Assembly: GCA_045863335.1 (NCBI GenBank)
Contig: BTVY01000012.1
Location: 1-64,000 of the forward strand
DNA: 64,000 nt
From: Candidatus Hydrogenedentota bacterium
GTDB taxonomy: Bacteria > Hydrogenedentota > Hydrogenedentia > Hydrogenedentales > SLHB01
Direction: 5' to 3'
This document shows, one piece after another, positions 1 through 10,266 of this stretch (positions are counted from its first letter, which is position 1; each line of letters begins with the position of its first letter). The notes under the pieces were generated by a model that had not been told where the DNA came from, made no database searches, and saw only the letters and a list, made by a program, of their open reading frames with translations. The position numbers and the translations under genes are program-made.

Positions 1-90
1 TAGCGATACCGATAGCGATACCGATAGCGATACCGATAGCGATACCGATAGCGATACCGATAGCGATGCCGATAGCGATACCGATAGCGA
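1..90. repeat. Tandem repeat (TAGCGATACCGA)x7.5, i.e. alternating hexamers TAGCGA/TACCGA; runs off the window edge
   Basis: Directly visible 12-bp period with one variant unit (TAGCGATGCCGA, 61-72); lies just downstream of the tolC-like stop. Confidence 0.95.
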
Positions 91-117
91 CTTGGATTAG
101 AGTGGGCCTAATAGGGT

Positions 118-1857
118 CTACTCCACTTCCACTTCCTCTTTCAGTTCCTCTTCTCCGGCCTCGACTACGGTAGTCTCGACACGCGTGTCGGTTGTGTAGG
201 GGACGACGGTTTCGCCGGTGGCGGTGTAGACGTCGTGCCAGGCTTGGCGCAGTTGGACGCGCGCGGCGGCGAGATTGCCTTCGGCGGACACGAGATCGCG
301 CTGGGCTTCGTTGAGGCGCACCAGGGAGCCGACGCCGCCCGCGTATTCTTTCTCGACGAGGTCGCGGTTGCGCTGCACGAAGACCGCGTTGGCCCGTTGC
401 AGGACCAACTGTTCCTGGGCGGCCTGAAGCTGTTGAACGGCCTGACGCACGTCGCTCGCCACAGTGAGTTCCGTTTCGTAGAGGGTGTGTTCTGCTTCAG
501 TGCGCAACGCTTTTGCTTCGGTGACGCGGGCGCTCTTCGCGCCTCCGGCGTAGAGATTGTACTGGACGTTCACCCCGACCGAGGTGCTGAAGTCCTTCTC
601 GCCGAACTTGAAGTTGTCAGACCGGAACCCGTCTTTCGACGCCTGCGCCGTGACCGTGGGGTAGAACGGCGCGCGGGCGCGGCCGATGGTCGCGCCGGTG
701 CGTTTGACAGCCAGTTCGCTGCCCGCGAGATCGGGGCGCGACGATTTGGCCAGTTGCACCAAGGCTTCCGGCTCCGGCGGATTGAGTTCCTCGAGGGACT
801 CGGGATTCAGCGGCGCCAGCACGTAGTTTTCGGGAAAGCGGGCATCGGCAAATCCCAGCAGTTCGGACAGGGCGATGATGGCGATGTTGTAGTCCTGATA
901 CGCTTGGATGAGACTTGCGCGCGCCGCGTTCACACGCACTTCGAAGTTCAGCTCGTCGCTGAGCGAGCCGGTGCCGACGCGGCGGCGCGCCTTGGCTTCC
1001 TTCAACTGGCGTTCGTTGAATGCCTGATCCGCCTCCGCGATGCCGATGTTCTCCCGGGCCAGTTGCGCTGAGTGGTACGTTTGCGCGACGGCGGACAGCA
1101 AGAGACGCTGCGCCTCTTGATACGCCGCTTCAAATTCCTGCGAACCGTACTTCGCTTCGGCGATGGCGAACTTGCGCTCAAAGCCATTGAACATCACCCA
1201 TGACGCAATGAGGCTGATGTTGTAGTTTTCAAAGGAGTCGTCGACGGACCCCCGGCTCTTGATGCTAAGCAGGCTCGTATCGAGCAGGTCCTGGAAGATC
1301 TGTGCGTTCGTCAATGCGGGGGACGACGCGCCGAATCCCTGCTGGCCGGTTCCGGTGTTCGGAAGAACGAGCGAGGTGATTCCGTTCAGAACCTGGCTGA
1401 AATTCGAAACAATCTGCCCCTGTAAACGGGCCTGGGTCCCGAGGGCCCATTGCGACCACAGGCCATCCGAAGCGGCGCGTTTCGCGTTGAGGTAATCGCG
1501 TTCGGACAGCCACGTGTTTGTGGCCGAGGCGAGGAGATCGAGTTGGGGGTACCAGGCGGCGACGGCCTGCCGCACCCGGGCCTTTGCCTGCTGGACGCGC
1601 GCTTCGGCCGCTTTGAGGGACGGGTTGTCCGCAATGGCGATTTGCTCGGCCAGCGGCAGATCGAGAATGGTGGCGCCATCGGCGACATCCGGCTCGAGCG
1701 GTGCGAGAAGTTTGATACCGGGAATGGAGGCTGCATCCTCCATCGGTGCGGCCGCAGGCTCGGGCGTGTCGCCGGACGCCGGCGCATCACCGGGCGCATC
1801 CGCCGCGTACACGGTTTGCGACACGATCAAGGATAGGGCAATCAGAACGCGCTTCAT
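118..1857 (-). CDS. TolC-family outer membrane efflux protein
   Basis: Signal peptide MKRVLIALSL with AAGGA RBS; two OEP repeats (AIADNPSL...WYPQL; SRPDL...FYPTV; YAGGVGSLVRLNEAQ); last gene of the RND operon. Confidence 0.9.
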   Translation of the reverse strand: MKRVLIALSLIVSQTVYAADAPGDAPASGDTPEPAAAPMEDAASIPGIKLLAPLEPDVADGATILDLPLAEQIAIADNPSLKAAEARVQQAKARVRQAVAAWYPQLDLLASATNTWLSERDYLNAKRAASDGLWSQWALGTQARLQGQIVSNFSQVLNGITSLVLPNTGTGQQGFGASSPALTNAQIFQDLLDTSLLSIKSRGSVDDSFENYNISLIASWVMFNGFERKFAIAEAKYGSQEFEAAYQEAQRLLLSAVAQTYHSAQLARENIGIAEADQAFNERQLKEAKARRRVGTGSLSDELNFEVRVNAARASLIQAYQDYNIAIIALSELLGFADARFPENYVLAPLNPESLEELNPPEPEALVQLAKSSRPDLAGSELAVKRTGATIGRARAPFYPTVTAQASKDGFRSDNFKFGEKDFSTSVGVNVQYNLYAGGAKSARVTEAKALRTEAEHTLYETELTVASDVRQAVQQLQAAQEQLVLQRANAVFVQRNRDLVEKEYAGGVGSLVRLNEAQRDLVSAEGNLAAARVQLRQAWHDVYTATGETVVPYTTDTRVETTVVEAGEEELKEEVEVE

Positions 1858-1910
1858 GAATGAGTCCTTCTCAGATTCCGCTGCATGTGACCGGTTCTGC
1901 GATACGCTGC

Positions 1911-4900
1911 CTACTTGCCGATGGCCACGGGCTGGGGCGATCGGCTTGCTTGTTCGAGCTCTTCGTCCACGTTGCGCAGTCTGGCCGGCTCGACGTCCTC
2001 CGGCGATACCCAGGTACGGTGCGACGCATAATGTGCGAGGCGCCGGAAGTCGTTCAGGACGCCCAGCATGCACGGGATGAACAGCAGGGTCAATAGTGTG
2101 GCGAATGCGACTCCCGCGGCAATGGTAATCGCCATAGGAACCAAGAACTGGGCTTGTAAATCTTGCTCCAAGATGAGGGGCATTAACCCGCCGACGGTGG
2201 TAATGGTCGTCAGCATAACGGCGCGAAACCGGCGCGCTCCTGCCCGGGAAATCGCTTCAAAAAAGGGTTGACCCTCGGCGATGTTCGAGTTAACGCACTC
2301 AATCAAGACGATCGCGTCATTCACGACGACGCCCGCAAGGGCGACCATTCCAAAGACGCTCATCATCGTTACATCGTATCCAAGCGCGAGATGCCCCAAC
2401 ATGGCCCCGATAAGTCCGAACGGTACCGTGAACATGACGATGACCGGCTGGATGTAGGAACGGAACATGGTTGCGATGATGATGTAGATCCCGAACAAGG
2501 CGATTGGAAATCCGATGGCCAGGCCGCTGAACGCGTCCCGGCTGTCCTTCTGCGGACCCTCGAAGGAGTAGGAAAAGCCCGGCATGCGTTGGCGCAATTC
2601 CGGCAGGAATCCGCCTTCGACCATATCGTTCAGCACTTCTTCAGCGTTGGCGCGTTTGGAATCGACTTCGGAGGTCACCTTGACCAGCCGCAAGCCATCG
2701 ACGCGGGTGATGCTGGAGTAGCCCTGGGCGTACTTCACGTCGGCAACGGATTGCAGGGGAACCTCGTATCCTTGCGGCGTTCGGATTCGGACCCGATCGA
2801 GATCGGCAATCGTCTTGCGTTCATCTTCCGTATAGCGGACCCGAACCCGAATGTCGTCGCGGCCCCGTTGTAGGCGCAAGGCCTCTTCGCCGAAATATCC
2901 CGCGTAGACCTGGCTTGCGAGGTCGTCAAGGGTGAGCCCGAGTGCGCGCGCTTCGGGCTTCAGGTTAAACTGCAGCTCGTTCTTGCCGGGCCGGAAATCG
3001 TCGGCAATCTGGTATACGCCGTCATAGGTGCCGAGCTTCTCCTTAACCTCGGCGGCCGCGCCACGAAGGACATGCATGTCCTCGCCTTGGAGCCAAATCT
3101 CAATCGCCGATCCGGGAGGTCCGGTTTGCATACCGGAAAAGGTCTGGGAGACGGCGCCGGGGATCTGTCCGACCTCTTTCTCCCACGCGACGTTGATGTC
3201 TTCCGAATAGATGCCGCGCTCTTCGGTGGGCAGCAGCTCGACGCGGACGCTACCGAGATGGGGCCCCTGGCGTGCCTCGAAACTTTCGCCGGCTTCGCCG
3301 GTTACGGCATAGACGTTTTCGATAAGGGGTTTGCCGCTGGTCGTGTCCATGGCCGCGGCGACGCGTTCGAGCCCGTCCCGCGTTTGCCGGACCGCATCTT
3401 CCGTGACGCTGAACGGCGTTCCCTGGGGAAACTCGATCGTGGCGACGAGGTCATTGCCATCCACGTCGCTGAACATGACGAACCGTAAGAAGCCCGCCTG
3501 AAACAGCCCCATGGCAAGCAGCAAGCACGCGAATGCCACCGACACGGAGATATAGCGCCAGCGGATGGAGAATTCCGCGAAGGGCCGATAGATGTGCTCG
3601 GCAAAATACTCCATCCCATTGCTGACCGCACGCCGGAATCGCCGCACGCGCTGCTTCCAGGGATGACCGGGCCCAATCGGGGCGTTCATATCAGGGAGGT
3701 GATTAAGGTGAGCCGGCAACAGGAACAAGCCTTCGACGAGGGAAACGAGAAGCGCGGCGATCACCACGACCGGAAGAATCGCGATGAACTTTCCCATGAC
3801 GCCGCCGACGAACATGAGCGGCACAAATGCGACGATGGTTGTCGTCACGGCAGCGATGACGGGCAGGCCGACTTCAGACACACCGTTGACGGCGGCCGTG
3901 AGCGGCGGATCGCCATTCTTGCGGTGGACGTAGATGGCTTCACCGACGATAATGGCATCGTCCACGATGATACCCAACACCATGATCAGGCTGAACAGGG
4001 AGATCATGTTGATGGTGCCGCCAATGGCATAGAGGAGGGCCATAGCGCCGGCCAAGGAAATTGGAATGCCCATGGCCACCCAGAAACTCAGCCGAAGATC
4101 CAGGAAAACCCAGAGCATGATGAACACCAAACACAACCCGGCGATACCGTTTCGGGTAAGGAGCGATATGCGGTCCTGAATCATCTGGGACCGGTTGCTC
4201 CAAAGGGATATGTGGACACCCTCCGGAAGCGTGGGGCCTTTTTCCACCAGGTACTTCTTCACGGCATCCGCAATGGCGATGGCATCCTCTTCCTGCGTCT
4301 TGAAGACGCCCAGCATGACCGCTGGTTCGCCGTTGAAGTTCGCCTTGATGGGATCCTCGGTGAAGCCGTCGCGTATGTCGGCGACCCGGTCCAGCGTAAT
4401 GATGTCGCCGTTGGGCCGCGCGAGCACGACGATCTTCGCGAAGTCTTCGCCCGTGTAACTACGGCCGATGGTTCGCAGGCGGATCTCCTCGCCCTGGGTG
4501 CGGATGGTGCCTGCCGAGAGGTTCATGCTGCCGCGGCGAACTGCGGTCGCGACTTCCGAGAAAGACAGACCGTACTCGCGCAGGCGTTCCTCAGAAACCT
4601 CAATCGAAATCTCGTAGTCCCGCGTGCCGAATACGGTAACCTGGGAAAGGCCGGGAAGCTGCTGCAGTTCGTCCTTGACGCGTTCGGCCCACTCCTTCAT
4701 CACGCGTTCGCTCTGGTTGCCCCAAAGCGCGAGGTAGACCACTTCGTTGCGCAGCGTCAGTTGGGACAGGATAGGTTTCTCGGCGTCAACGGGAAACGTG
4801 GAGATGGAATCGACGGCATTCCGGACCCGGTCGTAGACTTCGTCGACGGGATAGTCTTCCCGGACCTCAATGACCGCGCGTCCGATGTTTTCAGCGGAGA

Positions 4901-5150
4901 CGGTCGTGTACCGTTTGATGCCTTCGAGACTGTCGACCTCCTCCTCGATCTTGCGGCAGATCCCCTCCTCCACTTCTTCGGGATCGGCGCCAGGATAGAG
5001 GACCTCGACGAAGATCGTTTCCACCGAAAACTCGGGGAAGAACTCGCGCACCATCAACTTCGACGAAATCGCGCCGGTCAGAATAATGATGACCAGCACG
5101 ACGTTGGCGAAAACCGAATTGCTGATGAGGCGTCGGATGAGCGTCTTCAC
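1911..5150 (-). CDS. RND efflux transporter permease (AcrB/AcrD/AcrF family)
   Basis: 1079 aa; TM motifs GIIVDDAIIVGE and GVVVNDAIVL; RFRAVMLTTITTVGGLMPL. Confidence 0.95.
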   Translation of the reverse strand: MKTLIRRLISNSVFANVVLVIIILTGAISSKLMVREFFPEFSVETIFVEVLYPGADPEEVEEGICRKIEEEVDSLEGIKRYTTVSAENIGRAVIEVREDYPVDEVYDRVRNAVDSISTFPVDAEKPILSQLTLRNEVVYLALWGNQSERVMKEWAERVKDELQQLPGLSQVTVFGTRDYEISIEVSEERLREYGLSFSEVATAVRRGSMNLSAGTIRTQGEEIRLRTIGRSYTGEDFAKIVVLARPNGDIITLDRVADIRDGFTEDPIKANFNGEPAVMLGVFKTQEEDAIAIADAVKKYLVEKGPTLPEGVHISLWSNRSQMIQDRISLLTRNGIAGLCLVFIMLWVFLDLRLSFWVAMGIPISLAGAMALLYAIGGTINMISLFSLIMVLGIIVDDAIIVGEAIYVHRKNGDPPLTAAVNGVSEVGLPVIAAVTTTIVAFVPLMFVGGVMGKFIAILPVVVIAALLVSLVEGLFLLPAHLNHLPDMNAPIGPGHPWKQRVRRFRRAVSNGMEYFAEHIYRPFAEFSIRWRYISVSVAFACLLLAMGLFQAGFLRFVMFSDVDGNDLVATIEFPQGTPFSVTEDAVRQTRDGLERVAAAMDTTSGKPLIENVYAVTGEAGESFEARQGPHLGSVRVELLPTEERGIYSEDINVAWEKEVGQIPGAVSQTFSGMQTGPPGSAIEIWLQGEDMHVLRGAAAEVKEKLGTYDGVYQIADDFRPGKNELQFNLKPEARALGLTLDDLASQVYAGYFGEEALRLQRGRDDIRVRVRYTEDERKTIADLDRVRIRTPQGYEVPLQSVADVKYAQGYSSITRVDGLRLVKVTSEVDSKRANAEEVLNDMVEGGFLPELRQRMPGFSYSFEGPQKDSRDAFSGLAIGFPIALFGIYIIIATMFRSYIQPVIVMFTVPFGLIGAMLGHLALGYDVTMMSVFGMVALAGVVVNDAIVLIECVNSNIAEGQPFFEAISRAGARRFRAVMLTTITTVGGLMPLILEQDLQAQFLVPMAITIAAGVAFATLLTLLFIPCMLGVLNDFRRLAHYASHRTWVSPEDVEPARLRNVDEELEQASRSPQPVAIGK

Positions 5151-6526
5151 TACGCGGCATCCTCCGCGATTGGGCCGGTATCCGTTGGTGCTTCGCCGTC
5201 CATTTCAAGTTCAAGCTTGGTATTCTCGAGGGGATTGGTCAAGCGCGTCGTGACCACGATATCTCCGGGATTCAACCCACCGGTGACGCAGGCGTATTCG
5301 CCTGTGCGATGGGACACGGTCACCGGAACAGTGCGAAGTCTGCCGTCCACAGACGCGTGTACCGTCTCTTCAAAGGAAACGGCGCTGTTTGGAAGCCTGT
5401 ATGCGTTCCGCACGACCTGGCCAGGGATTTCCACGGAACAGAACATCCCCTCGACAAGGGGAAGACCCTCCTCGTCGGTCGATACGGCGCGGGCGCCCTC
5501 GACGCGAACCGCGACGGTCAACGTGCGGGTTTCCGGTTCGAATCTTTCGACACGATCAAGAACGCCCTCCCAGCTATGCCCTTGCGGATCTTCCGTCCAA
5601 CGAATCATGCAGGTGACGGGGCGTAGTTTGCTGAACCAGGCAACGCCGGAGGAGGAGGCGTTCTGCCCGTCAAACTGCAGCCAGCGGCGCGCCTCACGGC
5701 TGTCCAACGGCACGGAGATCTCCAGCACGGAATCGTCGGCCAGCTCCAGCGCCGGACCGCTTATCCCGACGCCGGTTGGACCCACGAGTTGCCCCACTTC
5801 CAGGTTTACCGATTTGACGCGCGCGTCGAAGGGCGCGACCACTTTCGTGCGCGCCAGGTCGATTTGCGCGTTGTCGAGGTTCGCCTTCGCGGAGGCGAGC
5901 GCGCTGCGGGCTTCTTCGATGCGCAGCGGGTACAGGTTCACGGCCTGATCCAGAAGGTCGTACGCGTCTTGTGCCGCGTTCCATGCCTGTTCGGCGGTAT
6001 CCACTCCTGACTGCGTTCCCACCTGGTCCTCGTCCATCAGTCTGTGCCGCCGTTCGTACTCCGACTTGGCCAAGTCGCGTGTTCGCTCGAGCGTGGCCAG
6101 GCGTTCCTGGTCCGTGGTGGATTGCTTCTGAAGGCGGGAGAGCGCGGCCTCCGCCTGCGCGACAGCGGCCTGGGCTTCCTGGACCCGCGCTTCGTAGGTT
6201 TGAGGATCAATGCGAAACAGGGTTTCCCCTTCGGGAATCAGAAGTCCGACTTCGAGGTTGGGGTGGATTTCGACGATTCGCCCGCTGACCTCAGGCGTGA
6301 TGGTCACGGTATTCAGCGTTTGCACTTCGCCAAAACCGGTGACGGTTACCGGAACGTCCGCCGGTTGCACGCGCGTTGCTTCCACCCGAAGCATCCGTTC
6401 GGCCGTCTTCGCTTGTGCGGGCGGCTTGCGAAAGCTTGCCAGGATTGCCTTACCCGTAAAACCGAGCAACACGATCAGGACACAGCCGAAAATCGATACG
6501 ATGATGCTTTTGCTTACACGATTCAT
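5150..6526 (-). CDS. RND periplasmic adaptor (membrane fusion protein)
   Basis: N-terminal TM, PEVSGRIV lipoyl half-motif, coiled-coil hairpin, APFDARV, GLNPGDIVV; start refined to MNRVSK. Confidence 0.92.
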   Translation of the reverse strand: MNRVSKSIIVSIFGCVLIVLLGFTGKAILASFRKPPAQAKTAERMLRVEATRVQPADVPVTVTGFGEVQTLNTVTITPEVSGRIVEIHPNLEVGLLIPEGETLFRIDPQTYEARVQEAQAAVAQAEAALSRLQKQSTTDQERLATLERTRDLAKSEYERRHRLMDEDQVGTQSGVDTAEQAWNAAQDAYDLLDQAVNLYPLRIEEARSALASAKANLDNAQIDLARTKVVAPFDARVKSVNLEVGQLVGPTGVGISGPALELADDSVLEISVPLDSREARRWLQFDGQNASSSGVAWFSKLRPVTCMIRWTEDPQGHSWEGVLDRVERFEPETRTLTVAVRVEGARAVSTDEEGLPLVEGMFCSVEIPGQVVRNAYRLPNSAVSFEETVHASVDGRLRTVPVTVSHRTGEYACVTGGLNPGDIVVTTRLTNPLENTKLELEMDGEAPTDTGPIAEDAA

Positions 6527-6531
6527 TCGTC

Positions 6532-7032
6532 TTACGCTTCCTGCGCGGCGGACTCGCTGGCGCCCCGCCCCTGTTCCTCGCTCAACACTTCCCGGATACG
6601 GGCATAAACATCGCACCACATCTGCGCATGCTCGGGTCCAATTCCCTTGAGAATATCCACGAAGGACTCAAGAATATGTCTTTCCAACGCCTCAAGCGTA
6701 TGCTCACCAGCCGGGGCCACTCGAACGACGACTTCCCGGCGATCCACGCGGCTTTGCTCACGGGTGGCGACGCCCATTTCCACGAGCCGTTCCACCATGG
6801 CGGATGCGGACGGCGCAGACACGTAGAGCGATTCCGCCAAGTCCTTAATCGTTGCACCCCCCAATTCGCGGATCTTGTGCAACATGTGCATTTGCGGGAT
6901 GGTTAAGTCTTGGGCGTCTGCGCCTTTATCCATACTGCCATTGGTGCCGGAGTGGCGCGCGCACATTCGCGCTTGAAGCATTCGGACGGTGTCGAAGAGA
7001 TACCGCGCCTGTTCGATGACATCAGCATTCAT
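6532..7032 (-). CDS. MarR family transcriptional regulator
   Basis: LTIPQMHML...TIKDLAESLYVSAPSASAMVERLVEMG...DRR winged helix; first gene of the efflux operon. Confidence 0.92.
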   Translation of the reverse strand: MNADVIEQARYLFDTVRMLQARMCARHSGTNGSMDKGADAQDLTIPQMHMLHKIRELGGATIKDLAESLYVSAPSASAMVERLVEMGVATREQSRVDRREVVVRVAPAGEHTLEALERHILESFVDILKGIGPEHAQMWCDVYARIREVLSEEQGRGASESAAQEA

Positions 7033-7058
7033 GGGGAGCGAATCCAGTTGGAGTGAAA

Positions 7059-7102
7059 ATAGTTAGACAAGCAAACTATATCGAAACGATATTGTTTGTC
7101 AA
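7059..7102 (-). promoter_or_regulatory. sigma70 promoter of the marR-RND operon overlapped by a palindromic MarR-type operator
   Basis: Minus strand TTGACA (7102-7097), 16 bp spacer, TATAGT (7080-7075); inverted repeat ATAGTT-N9-AACTAT at 7059-7079 covers the -10 and start region. Confidence 0.7.
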
Positions 7103-7424
7103 CCTATACTTCTGTTTTGCCAAACCCAAATTCAGCAGACCTTGCGTCGCAAACACCTAAATTTCAATACTTTACAAAAATGACGCAACCCTTCCCAGAA
7201 ATCGCGCCCATAACACCGAGTACTCCCTCAATCTCCACATATTTCCCCTCTTCGATGCCGACGCCTATTCGAAGGTTGATTTGCTGGCCTTGGGCGACAT
7301 GACCGGGGTCCTGATGGAGGTGGTGGAACTCCTCACGTCTGATGTTACGATTGGTCGCCTCCGCAGTCGATCGGCTCCCTGCATGAGCTAGTCGGGTTGA
7401 ATGCGGTAAGAAACGCGGGCTACC

Positions 7425-8438
7425 ATGACCAGGTCATCGCCATACTCCGGTATTTGCGAGTTCAACGTGAACACCATCACGCTACGGGCCGAACGCATCG
7501 AACAAGCCCCCGAGAATCTCTCCGACTTCGTGGACGAGATCGGTTCGGGGCTGGCCGCGTTATATGGGACTGAAGCGGGCACCAATTACCGCCGCATCGC
7601 TCCGCCTGCGCTTCGAGCGTCGTTGTCGTACCCTTCCGTGCGAATGGTGGGTGTCGTGCAGGAGTCCGCAGGACCCGAACGGAAGCCGGGGCCTTGCACC
7701 GCCATGGCTGTTGCAGTCAATCGGCTAGGAATTGCACAGATTTCGCTGATTCACGTATTGCGGTGCGCAGTGGGGCTCGACCAGGAGTCCGTGTTGATTC
7801 GGCGCATGGTCGATTTGCTCCGCGAGGAAGGCGTGGACGGGATTATCTGCGAAGCGGTGCCGATGTCGCCCCTGGATCTCGACCGGCCGTTCGGTGATTT
7901 GGGATTCCAGCGAATTGCACGAGTCTTGATGATCGCCCCGCTTTCGGAGAACGGCCTGGCAAGGCCCGTGTTGCGCGAGAGCCGGCCATTGACTCATGAA
8001 GACGTCCCGGCGTTCGCCGAGGCCATTGTGGCGACGTATCACGACCATCCGGGGTTTGCGCTCCACGCGGAAGTCCGCACGCTCGAAGGGGCGTACGCGT
8101 TTCTGGAGAGTGCGCTATCCGGCGGGTTCGGGGCGACACGGCCGGCTTTTAGCCGGGTAGTGGAACGAGACGGACGGATCGTGGCGGGACTTGTGGGAAG
8201 CGAAGTGGCCCCGCGCGTCGGGTTCGTGTTGCAGCTTGTGGTTGTGCCGGAACGGCAGAACCGGGGACTAGGCTCGCTACTCATACGCGAAGCCGCCCAG
8301 AGTTTTCATGAAGCCGGGTACTGCGATCTGGCGCTGGGCGTTACCGCGGACAATCCCGCGCGTCGGCTGTATGAGCGCCTTGGGTTTCGGTCGCACCGGG
8401 ATGTGAACGCATACGTCTGGTGGAAGAACGCCGGGTGA
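7425..8438 (+). CDS. GNAT family N-acetyltransferase (tandem GNAT domains)
   Basis: C-terminal VVPERQNRGLGSLL acetyl-CoA motif and NPARRLYERLGF; start uncertain (GTG near 7467 possible). Confidence 0.8.
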   Translation: MTRSSPYSGICEFNVNTITLRAERIEQAPENLSDFVDEIGSGLAALYGTEAGTNYRRIAPPALRASLSYPSVRMVGVVQESAGPERKPGPCTAMAVAVNRLGIAQISLIHVLRCAVGLDQESVLIRRMVDLLREEGVDGIICEAVPMSPLDLDRPFGDLGFQRIARVLMIAPLSENGLARPVLRESRPLTHEDVPAFAEAIVATYHDHPGFALHAEVRTLEGAYAFLESALSGGFGATRPAFSRVVERDGRIVAGLVGSEVAPRVGFVLQLVVVPERQNRGLGSLLIREAAQSFHEAGYCDLALGVTADNPARRLYERLGFRSHRDVNAYVWWKNAG

Positions 8439-8516
8439 CAGGGTTTCCCGACGCATCGGAATTGTATACTGTGTAGCGATGTTGACGTTCGTAACGTCCC
8501 CGAGGAGCTTAATCGT

Positions 8517-9473
8517 ATGACTTCACGCATGGTGTCTTGGAGCCTGGCTCTTTTAGCCGCGGTGGCGGCCAATAGCGAAACGGGAGTTTTTCCGCCGGAA
8601 CTCAGCCATCTCGACGCCCTCGTGAACGACGAAGCGAAGCTCGTTGAGGCGGCGCGGCAATACGACGTGTTGCAGCAGGCCTTGATCGCATGGGACGAGG
8701 AACTTGCCGCGGAAGCGGCAATGGGCGGCGACCAGGCCGAGGCGGACCGGCGGATGGAGATGGCGAACCAGCGTCGGGACCTCCTGGACAAGATGTACTC
8801 GAAGGTGCTGGAGCACTATTCCAAGAACGCGCGGGCATTAAACTACTACGGCGAGTTTCTCTATGACCACCGTGGCGAAACGGCGGGCGCCTTGCGGTTG
8901 TGGCTGCTTTCGGCCGCGGAGGATTCGACGCTGAGCCTGCCGCACAACAATCTCGCCATTCACTACACCCACACGGGCAATTATGAGCGGGGACTTGCCG
9001 AGTACGAAAAGGCCCTGGAACTGGAACCGGACAACGCGGACTTTCTCTTCAACCTGGCCCAGATGTATTTGATCAACTGGCCGCAGATTAAGGAAATCAA
9101 GAAGTGGGACGATGCCAAGGTTTTTAAAGAAGCGATGAAGCTTTCCAAGGAAGCTGCCGAACTTCGTCCGACGGATTACCAGTTGCAGCAGGATTACGCC
9201 GTGAATTTCTTTGCCGCGGAACGGTTCAATATCGAGCCGGACTGGAAAGAAGCCGCGGAGGCTTGGGAGGAAGCGCGGAAACGGGCAACTGACTTGCCTA
9301 ACGTGTTCTTCTCTTGGCTCAATGAGGCGCGCGCGTGGCTCGAGGTGCCCGAGTACGAGAAGGCGATCACCTGCCTGGAAGAAGCGCTCAAGATCATGCC
9401 GTATAGCGATCCGGCGAAAGCACTGTTGGATCGGGCCAAAGCAGGGATGGCGGAGAAACCGTCTTCCTCGTGA
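8517..9473 (+). CDS. Secreted tetratricopeptide repeat protein
   Basis: Signal peptide; TPR motifs (HNNLAIHYTHTGNYERGLAEYEKALELEPDN). Confidence 0.8.
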   Translation: MTSRMVSWSLALLAAVAANSETGVFPPELSHLDALVNDEAKLVEAARQYDVLQQALIAWDEELAAEAAMGGDQAEADRRMEMANQRRDLLDKMYSKVLEHYSKNARALNYYGEFLYDHRGETAGALRLWLLSAAEDSTLSLPHNNLAIHYTHTGNYERGLAEYEKALELEPDNADFLFNLAQMYLINWPQIKEIKKWDDAKVFKEAMKLSKEAAELRPTDYQLQQDYAVNFFAAERFNIEPDWKEAAEAWEEARKRATDLPNVFFSWLNEARAWLEVPEYEKAITCLEEALKIMPYSDPAKALLDRAKAGMAEKPSSS

Positions 9474-10129
9474 GTGAACCTGCAGCAAACACCCGTGCCG
9501 AGGAAGCGCCGGTTCGCAAGAAGCATTCGCCCGCGCGGCTTGTCTCTTACATTGCGTTCCTCATATTCGCCGCGATTGTGATCTACGCGTTCGCCGTTGT
9601 CGGCGTGACGCCATTCAAGGTCCCTACCGGGTCGATGATCCCCACACTGCTGCCGGGCGATTTTCTGTTTTCCATGCCCCAGGATACCTACCACCGAGGC
9701 GATTTGATCGTACTGGAAGATCCGCTGACCCCGGGCGGCTATCTCGTCAAGCGGATTGCCGGTGTCGGAGGCGACACGGTTTCGGCGGAGAATGGATACC
9801 TCGCCATTAATGGGAAATACGCGTCGGAACCCTACCTGCGCGAACCGATGATGTACGAGATGCCGCCGCGCACTGTGCCCGAGGGCGAGATCTTCGTGTT
9901 GGGTGACAACCGGAACGAAAGCGATGACGCGAGCCGATGGCTCATCGATCCGGAGACTGGCAATGCAGTGGAAACCCAACAGACCGGAACTGATTTGGTG
10001 GACGGAAAGACGTGGAAAAGGACCGTGCCGCTGGAAACGGTGGTGGGCAAGGTCGTGTACATTTATCTTCCCTTCGATCGGATGGGCCCCGTTGCGTCCT
10101 ACCCGCTAACCAACGTGGACGGCGACTGA
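9470..10129 (+). CDS. lepB: Signal peptidase I
   Basis: PTGSMIPTL (catalytic Ser), YLVKRI (catalytic Lys), GDNRNESDD box E; GTGA overlap with the upstream gene. Confidence 0.93.
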   Translation: MSEPAANTRAEEAPVRKKHSPARLVSYIAFLIFAAIVIYAFAVVGVTPFKVPTGSMIPTLLPGDFLFSMPQDTYHRGDLIVLEDPLTPGGYLVKRIAGVGGDTVSAENGYLAINGKYASEPYLREPMMYEMPPRTVPEGEIFVLGDNRNESDDASRWLIDPETGNAVETQQTGTDLVDGKTWKRTVPLETVVGKVVYIYLPFDRMGPVASYPLTNVDGD

Positions 10130-10266
10130 CGCGAACCAATGGGCGAAGCGGGGTTTGCCTCGAATCGGTGTAATCTGTCACGCTATACGGTGCGCGCGGT
10201 TTCCGGAGGCTATTTTGCGCGCAAACCAGCACGGCGATGTGTCTTGCAACAACTGACAAGCAAACG

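Noticed and set aside
1-90. Possible CRISPR array (also considered for the 46.2-46.9 kb repeats)
   Set aside because: No unique spacers between direct repeats and no cas genes
3594-5948. 784-aa plus-strand ORF and similar long antisense ORFs (27392-29092, 47808-49595, 55506-57623, 58300-60237)
   Set aside because: Shadow frames opposite well-supported genes, expected from high-GC codon bias; no motifs
7293-7359. Long imperfect hairpin (GGCGAC/GTCGCC, TGA-GGAG/CTCC-TCA) upstream of the GNAT gene; fluoride riboswitch considered
   Set aside because: Lacks the ordered fluoride-aptamer consensus; such pairing can arise by chance in GC-rich DNA
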